A DNA stretch of 64,000 nucleotides from a plasmid: assembly GCF_054482525.1 (NCBI RefSeq), contig NZ_JBTHVG010000003.1, one strand, 5' to 3'. Shown in pieces: positions 50,291 through 60,768 of this stretch. The translations under genes and the position numbers were made by a program. The notes beneath the pieces are model-generated. The model did not search any database. It was given only the letters and a program-made list of their open reading frames with translations, and had not been told where the DNA came from. Position 1 is the first letter of the stretch. Each line of letters begins with the position of its first letter.

Positions 50291-50700
50291 TCAACCGGGG
50301 ATGACAACGGGAGTGAGTCCGGCAACTCACACCTGTTGTCACTTCTCTGACATATCGTCATACGAGCTTACTCAAGCGCATCCACAAAGATGGGATCGTT
50401 TTGAATCTAAACTGGTACTGGTTAGCCAGTCACTTGCATCTACTCCCCCGTCGATATTTAAGTGACAATTGTAGTGATCTGCAATACTGGTGTCTCAGAA
50501 ACACTGACGACGGTAGAGACTCAATACCCTAACCCCTGACAACAGAAGTGAGCTTAGAGGTGTTACGCTGCTGTCACCTAATGCTTGGGAATTGCCTGAC
50601 TCACAACCATTGTCATCCGGAGCTACTGATTAACGTTGAACCGCTGGACTTTAATGACAGTGGTAGTGATGGATAGGCTCATTTCCATTGTCGTCATTTT
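50291..50700. repeat. Three or four further iteron-like inverted pairs on the far side of the IS91-family element
   Basis: gacaacgggagtgag...ctcacacctgttgtc and similar copies at about 50291, 50526, 50581 and 50650. Confidence 0.5.
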
Positions 50701-50759
50701 ATCGGAGAACCACGGCAGCCTGGCGGCTGCAAATTGAAAACCGCCCCGGTTCGTCCTGT

Positions 50760-52410
50760 TGTTGCCGCACGCCCCGCAGAATATGTATGCTCTGAGGACC
50801 TGTTTTATTAAGGACTCATCCCCTTATGTTGACCCGCAAAAGTATCGATACAGTTCTGCTCTCTGTTGGTGCTGAGAAGCTCTCACAACGAGAATGGGAC
50901 TGGATGAAAATGCTCAAACCCATGGACCCACCACCTGCGATGGTGACGACCTCCATCCTGAAGCGCCGTGGCGATACAGCAGCCCTTACCCTGCTACAGG
51001 ATACCGGGGTTTAATCCATCCTCATGTTGTCCGGTTTTACTCCCCGCCCTCTGAAACGTCTGTTCACAGCCAACCAGTGCTGGACGTCCTTCCTGGATGC
51101 GGGCGGTCTGCGCGATATCGAGGTTGAAGCCGTCACCAAAATGCTGGCCTGCGGCACACGGATACTGGGTGTAAAAGAGTTCGGGTGTGATAACCCGGAC
51201 TGTCAGCACGTAAAGTACCTGACCAACTCATGCGGCAGCCGTGCCTGCCCGTCCTGCGGAAAGAAGGCCACAGACCTGTGGACAGCAACACAGCTGAATC
51301 GTCTTCCTGACTGCGACTGGGTACATCTGGTCTTCACCCTGCCGGACACGCTGTGGCCGGTGTTCGAAAGCAACCGCTGGCTGCTGAATGACGTGTGCCG
51401 TCTGGCGGTGGAGAATCTGCTGTATGCCGCCCGAAAACGGGGGCTGGAACCCGGTATCTTCTGCGCCATCCACACGTATGGCCGTCGTCTCAACTGGCAT
51501 CCGCATGTACATGTGTCTGTAACCTGTGGAGGTCTGAATAAGCATGGTCAGTGGAAAAAGCTGAGCTTCCTGAAAGACGCGATGCGTTCACGGTGGATGT
51601 GGAATATGCGGCAGCTGCTTCTGAAAGCGTGGTCAGAGGGGATGGCAATGCCGGAGTCGTTGTCACATATCACGACGGAATCACAGTGGAGAAGCCTGGT
51701 GCTGAAATCCGGCGGAAAATACTGGCATGTGTACATGTCGAAGAAGACAGCCGGAGGGCGGAATACGGCACGCTACCTGGGTCGTTATCTGAAGAAGCCA
51801 CCAATAGCGGCTTCCCGACTGGCTCATTACAACGGAGGGGCAAGCCTGAGCTTCCGTTACCTGGACCACAAAACGGGAGAAACGGCGACGGAAACGCTGA
51901 CACAGCGTGAGCTGGTCGCGAGGCTGAAACAGCACATCCCGGAGAAGTTTTTTAAGATGGTGAGGTACTTCGGGTTCCTTGCCAACCGTGTGTGTGGAGA
52001 GAAGCTGCCGCAGGTGTACCGTGCACTGGGGATGGATAAACCGGAACCAGTGGCGAAAGTGTGCTATGCACAAATGGTGAAACAGTTCCTGAGTCGTGAC
52101 CCGTTCGAATGCGTGCTGTGTGGCTGCCGGATGGTATACCGCCGGGCCATTGCGGGGCTGAATGTATCAGGGCTGAAGAAAAACGCGCGGGATATCAGTC
52201 TACTGAGGTATATGCCGGCCTGACACAGGCTAAGTGTGCCCGGGAATCGGTGAAAGTATAAAAAACAGCCTGTTACGGTATAAAAATCGACCATACAGAG
52301 AGGGAAACCACCGGAGTGGTGGGAAAAGCAGAAAGGCTCACGTGGCATAAGGCGTGGACAATGGTATCGACTGGTTTTTCAATTTCCTATACGTCAAGCC
52401 TCTTCGTCCT
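50760..52410 (+). mobile_element. IS91-family (rolling-circle) insertion element; boundaries approximate
   Basis: IS91-like transposase gene plus a putative oriIS-like end (tttttcaatttcctatacgtcaagcc, about 52373-52400); the element sits between two blocks of iteron-like repeats. Confidence 0.4.
51024..52223 (+). CDS. IS91-family transposase (HUH Y2 type)
   Basis: N-terminal Zn-binding Cys cluster CGSRACPSCGKK and HUH motif WHPHVHVSV; an in-frame TAA separates it from the upstream ORF 50826-51014, which may belong to the same gene or to an orf121-like gene. Confidence 0.7.
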   Translation: MLSGFTPRPLKRLFTANQCWTSFLDAGGLRDIEVEAVTKMLACGTRILGVKEFGCDNPDCQHVKYLTNSCGSRACPSCGKKATDLWTATQLNRLPDCDWVHLVFTLPDTLWPVFESNRWLLNDVCRLAVENLLYAARKRGLEPGIFCAIHTYGRRLNWHPHVHVSVTCGGLNKHGQWKKLSFLKDAMRSRWMWNMRQLLLKAWSEGMAMPESLSHITTESQWRSLVLKSGGKYWHVYMSKKTAGGRNTARYLGRYLKKPPIAASRLAHYNGGASLSFRYLDHKTGETATETLTQRELVARLKQHIPEKFFKMVRYFGFLANRVCGEKLPQVYRALGMDKPEPVAKVCYAQMVKQFLSRDPFECVLCGCRMVYRRAIAGLNVSGLKKNARDISLLRYMPA

Positions 52411-52422
52411 ACAGGTTTAAGC

Positions 52423-53660
52423 TGACAATGGTAGTGATTGGATGATCTCACTACTGTTGTCACTCAGTTCTTTGAGCGGACCCTTCCCTCGGTTGGTCGG
52501 CATTAACAACGGTAGTGACTCGATTGGCTCACTGCCATTGTCATCGTGTAAATGACGTACCTTATCAGCTCAGCTGAAAGCAATGACAACGGTAGTGACT
52601 CTAATTGCTCACTGCCATTGTCGTCGTGTCTATTGAGAGCCTTATCAGTGCACCTGAAAAGCAATGACAACGGTAGTGATTCTAATGGCTCACTACCGTT
52701 GTCACCGTGTGTATTGAGAGGATGGTCCACTTAACTGGACGTATATGACAATGGTAGTGACTTTAATAGCTCACTACCATTGTCGGTGTGTGAATTGAGA
52801 GGATGAGCAGCTCAGCTGTACGTCCATGACAATGGTAATGACTTAATGAGCTCACTACCGTTGTCACCCTGTTAATTAAGAGGCTCATCTGCTCTTCTGG
52901 AAGGCTATGACAACGGAAGTGACTTGCTGGGCTCACTGCCATTGTCGCCGTATGAATTGAGAGGATCATCCGCTCTTCTGGATGGCAATGACAACGGTAA
53001 TGACTTAATAGGCTCACTACCATTGTCACCCTGTGAATTGAGAGGATGATCTGCTTAACCAGACGGCCATGACAACGGTAGTGACTTTCTGGGCTCAATA
53101 CCGTTGTCACCCTGTGAGTTAAGAGGTTGACCCGCTCTACTGGACGGCCATGACAACGGTAGTCACTTTCTGGGCTCACTACCGTTGTCGCCATATAGAA
53201 TGAGAGGAGCATCAGCTCAACTGAACGGCAATGACTACAGTAATGAGCTGGATGAAGCATAACCATTGACATCTGGCCCAACCGGAAGCCGTATTCGCCA
53301 ATCCAATCGAGATTCACAATGGCCGTGACTCGCCGCATTAAGTTCCGGTGTCCTCCCAAAGCTGAACGCACACTCGGAGGACAATGACAATGCCAGTAAG
53401 GTACACATCATTACCATTGTCACTATAGCTACCAGAGAAGCCGGGATTTGAATGTCGATGGTAGTGAGTGGGTCAACTCACTGCCATTGTCACCCCGTTA
53501 CGATATTTTCCGTTGGATGTACTGGCCAATGAAGTAAAGCGTAGAAACCGGGTGTTAACAGGTGACTCAGGAGAAAGCGTTGAATTTCGCAATCTCGATC
53601 TACATAGGGTGGTAGAGAACAATGACAACGGTAATGACTTTTGACTCATTACCGTTGACG
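52423..53660. repeat. Tandem array of about 15 units (~80 bp each), each containing an inverted pair of iteron-like 15-mers
   Basis: tgacaacggtagtgac...ctcactaccgttgtca repeated at roughly 80-bp spacing; lies 3' of repA, comparable to incA-type copy-control iteron arrays. Confidence 0.7.
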
Positions 53661-53734
53661 TGAAAGAGCGGGCTGGGACTAACGAAAATCGAAGAAGTAA
53701 TTTAGCACCCGGAGCCTAAACCGCCGGGTTAACT

Positions 53735-54823
53735 TTAGCTGGCGTTGCTGTTCTTTTTCTGGCTTCGAAGACTACGAATATAGCGCAGTTCTTCAGCGGT
53801 TAAATCATGGACGGTAAGAACATCATCGCCGTCAATCGGGTCAGCTGGTGGGCATAACTCACCTTCTAAAACAGAAGACCCTGAGTTCTCTTCTTCATCT
53901 TCAACCACTTCTAAAGGAGGCTGAGTATTGTTCAAATTCAGATCGGGATCCCGCTTATGAATCTGGAAGTATACTTTTCCGTCTTTCTTAATTTCGGTGT
54001 ACTTGAGGTATCCTATCGATGCCAACTCTTCAAGAGCCTTTCTCACGGTAGCATTCTGACTATTTGCTCGTGTTTTGAGGTTCAGACGATTTTTCAGCCG
54101 AGTAAGGGATATCGGTATAGGATTTGGCGGTAATGACTCTATGAACGTATAGAGAGCCTGGGCGCTTTCCTTCTTGGCCAACTCCTTAATTGCCTTCAGC
54201 TGCATCAAAACCTTATGATCGTATTGATAGAGCTCGAAAATCTTAGGATCAACCTGAAGGACAACCTGATCTGATTCCGGGTCTAACAGGGCAGACTGTA
54301 CCAGATGCGTTGTATAGACTTTGGACGAGTTATTACTGGTGAACGACAAGGTAACGGATGCTAACCTGCGTAAGGAGGCGTCTATACGTTTTCTGGACGC
54401 TGTAGATGAGCGATAATTTTCAGGCGTACATAGCTTGAGGAATTCAGTGAATTTTAAGCTTATCGTGTCATTGTTAATCGGATGATTGGCATAGGTTCGA
54501 ATGATGCCCATCCACGTCTTAAAATCTACTGACATATTAAGACGCTCACCGACAATTGAAATATTGGTGAACCCCTCGCTCTCCATTAAAGAGAGCGTCT
54601 GTAACTCTTTCGTTGCGTCAAAGCCAACCGTTTTATATTCCCGATTTTGACGCCCCACACTCTTTGGTGATGGGACGAACAGCCCGAGCCGCATCAAAGC
54701 AATAGACTGCACCGTACGGTTGCTGTTAGGACGCAAAATGATGTCTTTACCTGATTCTTTCTCTCTAACAGAGAAAGCCCTGGTGACCAGGTCCTGCTGC
54801 TCAGTATCTTTCTCTTTAGTCAT
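53735..54823 (-). CDS. repA: Replication initiator RepA (RepFIB/P1 RepA family, iteron-binding)
   Basis: LMRLGLFVP, DFKTWMGII, LVQSALLDPESDQVVLQVDPKIFELYQYDHKVLMQLKAI and ESAQALYTFIESLP match the RepFIB RepA pattern; iterons on both sides. Confidence 0.8.
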   Translation of the reverse strand: MTKEKDTEQQDLVTRAFSVREKESGKDIILRPNSNRTVQSIALMRLGLFVPSPKSVGRQNREYKTVGFDATKELQTLSLMESEGFTNISIVGERLNMSVDFKTWMGIIRTYANHPINNDTISLKFTEFLKLCTPENYRSSTASRKRIDASLRRLASVTLSFTSNNSSKVYTTHLVQSALLDPESDQVVLQVDPKIFELYQYDHKVLMQLKAIKELAKKESAQALYTFIESLPPNPIPISLTRLKNRLNLKTRANSQNATVRKALEELASIGYLKYTEIKKDGKVYFQIHKRDPDLNLNNTQPPLEVVEDEEENSGSSVLEGELCPPADPIDGDDVLTVHDLTAEELRYIRSLRSQKKNSNAS

Positions 54824-54892
54824 AATAAGTTATCACTGAATGTGTAAACAGATTGGTGAATAGTAAGCCCCAGCGAACTCTATGTCACTGGA

Positions 54893-55575
54893 TGGATCAT
54901 TGTGATGATCCATATCTGTGCATAAGTTCTACCTAAAAAAACGACTCCACTCATTAAAACTTGGCAAAAACTCTTTGCATACAATGACCTGCAACTCTTA
55001 TCAACAACGGATCAGATCAAGTTAAAAAGATCTAATGAAAAGTCACTACTATTGTCGCTCTGATCACTACTGATGTCAAAAAACTCATTACCAACGTTAT
55101 AATAATCACTACTAATGTCAAAATAATCACTACTGTTGTCACTGATCACGTCTCAGGCCTTGTGCCGTCTGGCCTGGAGGCAGCGGGGATCTCTTTTGAT
55201 CTATCAGGAACACTAAGGTACTAATTATTGGAACTACCTTGTGGAAAATGGGGATAAATAAATGCTTAGTTCTTATACAGGTCTCAACTTGCCTCCCTGA
55301 TAAAAACTGTCGTCAAAGCTAAATCGCAGCCACAGGCATTTTCGGTGGATAAATTTTTGAGAAATAGAAGCATACATGCAGACTCGTGTCGCAAGTAATT
55401 GAAAGTAATGATTTATTTAAATAATGCGAGTCACCTTACCTCACAGTGGAAGTTTAAGTCTAACCTCACTACCATTGTCACTTAAAATCATTACCAACGT
55501 CGAAATAGTCTCTACCATTGTCTTTTAAGTCACTCCCGTTGTCACTTATGTCGCTACTGTTGTCAGTGACAATGC
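54893..55575 (-). promoter_or_regulatory. Putative replication origin and repA control region
   Basis: GATC cluster (54893-55040); five direct ~21-bp iterons TCACTACnnTTGTC (55043-55145); DnaA-box-like GGTGGATAA (55345-55353) within an AT-rich stretch; five more iterons (55466-55575). Confidence 0.55.
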
Positions 55576-55930
55576 TCCAGCCCAGTAACCATGCGGCCTA
55601 CAGCGTACCGGGATCTTCTTTGTACTCTCTGGCACCTTTGGGATCATTTATTGGATCTACATGAGGGATAAAATCTTTTGACGATTTCGTAGTGCAGTTA
55701 TACCAGCGACTTAGCAAGACAAAAGCTGCAATTTAGTGACGAGTTACTAGTCTGCCCAACAAGAGCAATGCAGAGAAGATATGTGGTGAAATGACCATGG
55801 TAGTGAGTCTAATCACTACCATGGTCCGCAGTAAGCGTTACTTACGCAATGAACGTCGGACTGATTTGCAACAACATGGGCTACGGCGCATCAGAAGGCG
55901 GCCGTTGTGCTTCAGCAAAACAGCCCTGCT

Positions 55931-58387
55931 TTATTTTAATTCTTCAATGTTAATCATGAACTCAGATCTGCCAGTAAGGCCGGATACAGCAGGGAAAATA
56001 GGAAAGCTACGGCTGTCCCCGAGCCCCAAATCCAGTTGAAGCTCTTTGCTTTCACCTGGCATCGCAGAAACGCCATTTACAGTCACGCCGAATGCAGCGT
56101 CCTTACGGACAGTAAGCACTGCGTCCTGAAGCCCTGTAGCGATTGAACCATCCTTTTTACGCAGCTGGCTGGCATACAGAACAGCCAGAGCAGTATTGTC
56201 AGATGTTTTGAGAGAAGCATTGACAGCTAAGGTTTTCAGATTCTCTAGCCTGACGAGATTGTTTGGAAGGTAGTTAAATTCGACTGAGCTTTCTTTAACG
56301 TTGTTCATCTCATCTTTGGCCTGAACTGTGAGAGTGTATGTTTCGCCTTCATTAAGAGACGGAAAGATCTTGGGATAATTAGGTGCATACAGGTTGTTTC
56401 CCAGATTCACCCAAGACAATTCCACCGCATCAGAAACAGGGCCACCGCGAAGAGTCATACGGCTTAAGGATGGTTTAGTTAGAGCATCGGTGAGCTGTAT
56501 ACGGACGTTCTCCAGCCCATATACTGTTACGTTTTTGCTGATCGGTTTTCCTTCGTAGCTAATACTTACAGATGGTGCTGTATTATCAACGACAACTGTT
56601 TGATAAGGGAGGTTACCGGTATTGTTGAATGTATCTTGGGCATTAATCACCACGTTATAACTGCCTTCTGGTACCTCTTTCATGTTGAACTCATACGTGT
56701 AGTTCCCAGACGCCATATTTCTACCTGTTTGTTTGCCGGTTACGCTTATTTCTGCGTTGTTACGGTTTTTATCTGACAACCAAACTCGATTTACATAAAC
56801 ATGGTCGAAATATGAACCATCTCCAGGTTGATTCACGTAAACCTGGAGAATGTTGGTGGTTTCATTGTAATCAAATCCAGTGACGGAGGGACCCAGTGTA
56901 TGCCAGGCTATATTCTCCCATATAGGGGCAAAGAAGGTTGCTTCGGTGGTTGACCTTACTTCATAGCCACTATGAAGATAACCGGTAGTGCCATTTATAA
57001 TATCCTGGGGCAAAGAGACGGTACAGGTTGTTGAGCCAGCTGGAATACTGCATGTTGCTCCGCCAGTGATTTTTTGATCATATGGCCTGGCCTGTACATT
57101 GAATCGGATATTAGTAAGTTTTATAGGCATATCAGATGCCTTGAACAGGTTCCAGTTTACGCTGTTGAACCATGTTCCATCAGCCTTTTGTCGTTCTATG
57201 GGTGAACTTCCCCAAGCCGGACTCTTTACAGAGGCAGGATCCCAGTTGAGCCAGCTGGCATACTGACCAAGATCTCCTCCAGACCATTGATATGTATTCA
57301 CAGGTCTATAGTAGTTTCCATCTAAGGCACCCTGTGGCAGCTTAACTTCCACGTAGACATAGGTGGCATCTTCGGAAAGGACCTGTACTCCGCCATAGTT
57401 ATTGGTAATGCTCATGCCACCATTTCGATATGGCTTCCAGTTAGTTCTTGGGATACGTATAACCAACTTGTAGGGGTTTTCCAGCACTGTAAGGCCTCGT
57501 TTAAACGGGACGTATCCCGAAGAAATGCCGGGTACAACACTGGTGCTTACACGTGAGTCATGAACTGCAAATGGCGTAAATTCTCCCATTTGATCGTCAT
57601 ATAAAAACCGCTGGGGAGGAATGTTAAGCGTATTTCCTGCCAGGTCCGTAACGATGAAATTGAAGGTGAATTCTTCATCAAGATCACTTGAGGGCATGCC
57701 AGCCTGGGTGTTCATATCTTTAATCCACGGATAGACCGCACGTTTATTGGCTGTGTCATAACTCAGGTTATTGTCGGAGACCACAGAACCATTACTTCGT
57801 TTAATGACAAGACGGATCTTGTCAATTCCACTAGCATCCTCAATACCGTCTGCAAATATAGAAAACTGGCCACTACCGCCTCGGCCCAACTCCCAAAGTG
57901 GCCCAGAAAGTACCATGTCGTAACCTGCGTTTTGACTCGGATAAATACTCTTATAGCGTGGAGGAGTTGTATCAACGATGAAATGATAAGTAGATGTGCT
58001 CACTACAGTCTGGCGAATATCCAGAGTTTCATTGACTACAGTAAAGGTCCCTTCTCCGAGCGCCGGTAGAACCATATCCTTTCCATAGTATTCTGTTCCA
58101 TCGGCAGCAACGATACGATCTGCAACGCTCGTTTTGGTCGAGACGGAGGAATACATAACCTTTTTATCGCTGTCTCGTGTGACCGTCACTCGCTCGTACC
58201 GATCAAGACCCGATATCAAGTTCAGAGTCAAAACACCAGCGGGATTAAGATATGTTTGTGTTGCAGGTTTGATATTCCGAACAGCCTTATTGGTATCTGT
58301 AAATGAGTAGCTAAATACCTGAGCATGTGCCGAAGATACAGTAGCAAGGGCAGTTGCAACCATGCAGCCAATTAGAGTTTTACGCAT
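55931..58387 (-). CDS. Secreted Ig-like (Big-domain) surface protein, paralog 3 of 3
   Basis: Signal peptide; ISGLDRY; D-x-AGN repeats; C-terminal LDLGLGDSRSFPIFP; GGAG upstream of ATG. Confidence 0.6.
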   Translation of the reverse strand: MRKTLIGCMVATALATVSSAHAQVFSYSFTDTNKAVRNIKPATQTYLNPAGVLTLNLISGLDRYERVTVTRDSDKKVMYSSVSTKTSVADRIVAADGTEYYGKDMVLPALGEGTFTVVNETLDIRQTVVSTSTYHFIVDTTPPRYKSIYPSQNAGYDMVLSGPLWELGRGGSGQFSIFADGIEDASGIDKIRLVIKRSNGSVVSDNNLSYDTANKRAVYPWIKDMNTQAGMPSSDLDEEFTFNFIVTDLAGNTLNIPPQRFLYDDQMGEFTPFAVHDSRVSTSVVPGISSGYVPFKRGLTVLENPYKLVIRIPRTNWKPYRNGGMSITNNYGGVQVLSEDATYVYVEVKLPQGALDGNYYRPVNTYQWSGGDLGQYASWLNWDPASVKSPAWGSSPIERQKADGTWFNSVNWNLFKASDMPIKLTNIRFNVQARPYDQKITGGATCSIPAGSTTCTVSLPQDIINGTTGYLHSGYEVRSTTEATFFAPIWENIAWHTLGPSVTGFDYNETTNILQVYVNQPGDGSYFDHVYVNRVWLSDKNRNNAEISVTGKQTGRNMASGNYTYEFNMKEVPEGSYNVVINAQDTFNNTGNLPYQTVVVDNTAPSVSISYEGKPISKNVTVYGLENVRIQLTDALTKPSLSRMTLRGGPVSDAVELSWVNLGNNLYAPNYPKIFPSLNEGETYTLTVQAKDEMNNVKESSVEFNYLPNNLVRLENLKTLAVNASLKTSDNTALAVLYASQLRKKDGSIATGLQDAVLTVRKDAAFGVTVNGVSAMPGESKELQLDLGLGDSRSFPIFPAVSGLTGRSEFMINIEELK

Positions 58388-58543
58388 ATGATGCTCCGGG
58401 AATAGGTTATAGCCTTATTCTACGGATTCAGCCTACAAGGTCCGGTCGGATAAAGTGATAATTTGCCTGTTAAAAGAGACATCAAGTGAGAAAGCAACCA
58501 ACGTACAGAATGCAAAATGGCGGCAGTGCATCTGGATGACGCA

Positions 58544-58554
58544 AAAGTAACTTT
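58544..58554. promoter_or_regulatory. Palindrome copy upstream of Ig-like paralog 3
   Basis: AAAAGTAACTTTTT, about 160 nt upstream of the start at 58387. Confidence 0.5.
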
Positions 58555-58608
58555 TTGTATCCACTTTTTTGGATTTTAGCCTTCAAAATGAGTATTCAAC
58601 CAATCATA

Positions 58609-58619
58609 AAAGTAACTTT
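58609..58619. promoter_or_regulatory. Palindrome copy upstream of Ig-like paralog 3
   Basis: AAAAGTAACTTTTG, about 225 nt upstream of the start at 58387. Confidence 0.5.
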
Positions 58620-58881
58620 TGATAGACGCTGCTCCTTTATGTTTGCCAATTGTGCTGATATGTTTGTAAATTCAAGGAAGCGAGATTTTAAAAGCATCTG
58701 TTGAGTCAAATTTATGTAAAATAACAGGGAAACCATCACTTCTAGGTTGAGGAAACCCAATGTTATACATGCTCTTATGCTGTTTTCTGATAGACTGGCC
58801 CCCTGAATCTCCAGACAACCAATATCACTTAAATAAGTGATAGTCTTAATACTAGTTTTTAGACTAGTCATTGGAGAGCAG

Positions 58882-59247
58882 ATGATTGATGTCTTAGGAC
58901 CGGAGAAACGCAGACGGCGTACTACACAGGAAAAGATCGCTATTGTTCAGCAGAGCTTTGAACCGGGAATGACGGTCTCCCTTGTTGCCCGGCAACACGG
59001 TGTGGCAGCCAGCCAGTTATTTCTCTGGCGCAAGCAATACCAGGAGGGAAGTCTTACTGCTGTGGCCGCAGGAGAACAGGTCGTTCCTGCCTCTGAACTT
59101 GCTGCTGCCATGAAGCAGATTAAAGAACTCCAGCGCCTGCTCGGCAAAAAAACGATGGAAAATGAACTCCTTAAAGAAGCCGTTGAATACGGGCGTGCAA
59201 AAAAGTGGATAGCGCACGCGCCCTTATTGCCCGGGGATGGGGAGTAA
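58882..59247 (+). CDS. insC: IS2 orfA (InsC)
   Basis: [18 protein letters not shown]...; GGAGAG upstream. Confidence 0.85.
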
Positions 59248-60110
59248 GCTTAGTCAGCCGTTGTCTCCGGGTGTCGCGTGCGCAGTTGCACGTCATTCTC
59301 AGACGAACCGATGACTGGAAAGATGGTCGCCGCAGCCGTCACTCAGATGATACGGATGTGCTTCTCCGTATACACCATGTTATCGGAGAGCTGCCCACGT
59401 ATGGTTATCGTCGGGTATGGGCGCTGCTTCGCAGACAGGCCGAACTTGATGGTATGCCTGCTATCAATGCCAAACGTGTTTACCGGATCATGCGCCAGAA
59501 TGCGCTGTTGCTTGAGCGAAAAACCGCTGTACCGCCATCGAAACGGGCACATACTGGCAAAGTGGCCGTGAAAGAAAGCAATCAACGATGGTGCTCTGAC
59601 GGGTTCGAGTTCCGCTGTGATAACGGAGAAAAACTGCGAGTCACGTTCGCGCTGGACTGCTGTGACCGTGAGGCACTGCACTGGGCAGTCACTACGGGCG
59701 GCTTCGACAGTGAAACAGTACAGGACGTAATGCTGGGAGCGGTGGAACGCCGCTTCGGCAACGAGCTTCCGGCGTCTCCAGTAGAGTGGCTGACGGATAA
59801 TGGTTCATGCTACCGGGCTAATGAAACACGGCAGTTTGCCCGGATGTTGGGGCTTGAACCGAAGAACACGGCGGTGCGGAGTCCGGAGAGTAACGGCATA
59901 GCAGAGAGCTTCGTGAAAACGATAAAGCGTGACTACATCAGTATCATGCCTAAACCAGACGGGTTAACGGCAGCAAAGAACCTTGCAGAGGCGTTCGAGC
60001 ATTATAACGAATGGCATCCGCATAGTGCACTGGGTTATCGCTCGCCACGGGAATATCTACGGCAGCGGGCCAGTAATGGGTTAAGTGATAACAGGTGTCT
60101 GGAAATATAG
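59205..60110 (+). CDS. insD: IS2 orfB (InsD), DDE transposase
   Basis: 301 aa; overlaps orfA in the -1 frame. Confidence 0.85.
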
Positions 60111-60264
60111 GGGCAAATCCATCTGATGCTCAACAGTACATTCGTTATGTTCAGAGCAATGTCTGCAATAAGTAAAGGATCCGCTAAAGAAAACCGGTCT
60201 GAAATATCGCTGATAGTCCTAGCAACACTTGGAATCGCATCACCATTCAGGTAATGACTCCAAC

Positions 60265-60768
60265 TTATTGATAGTGTTTTATGTTCAGATAATGCCCGAT
60301 GACTTTGTCATGCAGCTCCACCGATTTTGAAAACGACAGCGACTTCCGTCCCAGCCGTGCCAGGTGCTGCCTCAGATTCAGGTTATGCCGCTCAATTCGC
60401 TGCGTATATCGCTTGCTGATTACGTGCAGCTTTCCCTTCAGGCGGGATTCATACAGCGGCCAGCCATCCGTCATCCATATCACCACGTCAAAGGGTGACA
60501 GCAGGCTCATAAGACGCCCCAGCGTCGCCATAGTGCGTTCACCGAATACGTGCGCAACAACCGTCTTCCGGAGCCTGTCATACGCGTAAAACAGCCAGCG
60601 CTGGCGCGATTTAGCCCCGACGTATCCCCACTGTTCGTCCATTTCCGCGCAGACGATGACGTCACTGCCCGGCTGTATGCGCGAGGTTACCGACTGCGGC
60701 CTGAGTTTTTTAAGTGACGTAAAATCGTGTTGAGGCCAACGCCCATAATGCGGGCGGTTGCCCGGCAT
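60265..60768 (-). CDS. insB: IS1 InsB (expressed as an InsAB' frameshift fusion)
   Basis: 167-aa ORF overlapping insA. Confidence 0.85.

Larger units (their letters stand above)
58791..60121 (+). mobile_element. IS2 (IS3 family) insertion sequence, complete
   Basis: 1331 bp; left end TAGACTGGCCCCCTGAATCTCC, right end ...GGGGCAAATCCA; 5-bp target duplication TCTGA (58786-58790 and 60122-60126). Confidence 0.9.

Noticed and set aside
52763-53371. 202-aa minus-strand ORF encoding 27-residue repeats (HYRCHGR...)
   Set aside because: It lies entirely inside the tandem iteron-like array and the open frame is best explained by the ~81-bp unit length. No RBS or promoter is evident. Kept as an open question only.
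52423-53660. CRISPR array
   Set aside because: The units are about 80 bp with conserved inter-repeat sequence (no unique spacers) and no cas genes are present. The repeats match the iteron logic of the adjacent repA.
58596-58871. 91-aa minus-strand ORF
   Set aside because: It runs across the left end of IS2 into flanking DNA, an artefact of the insertion junction.
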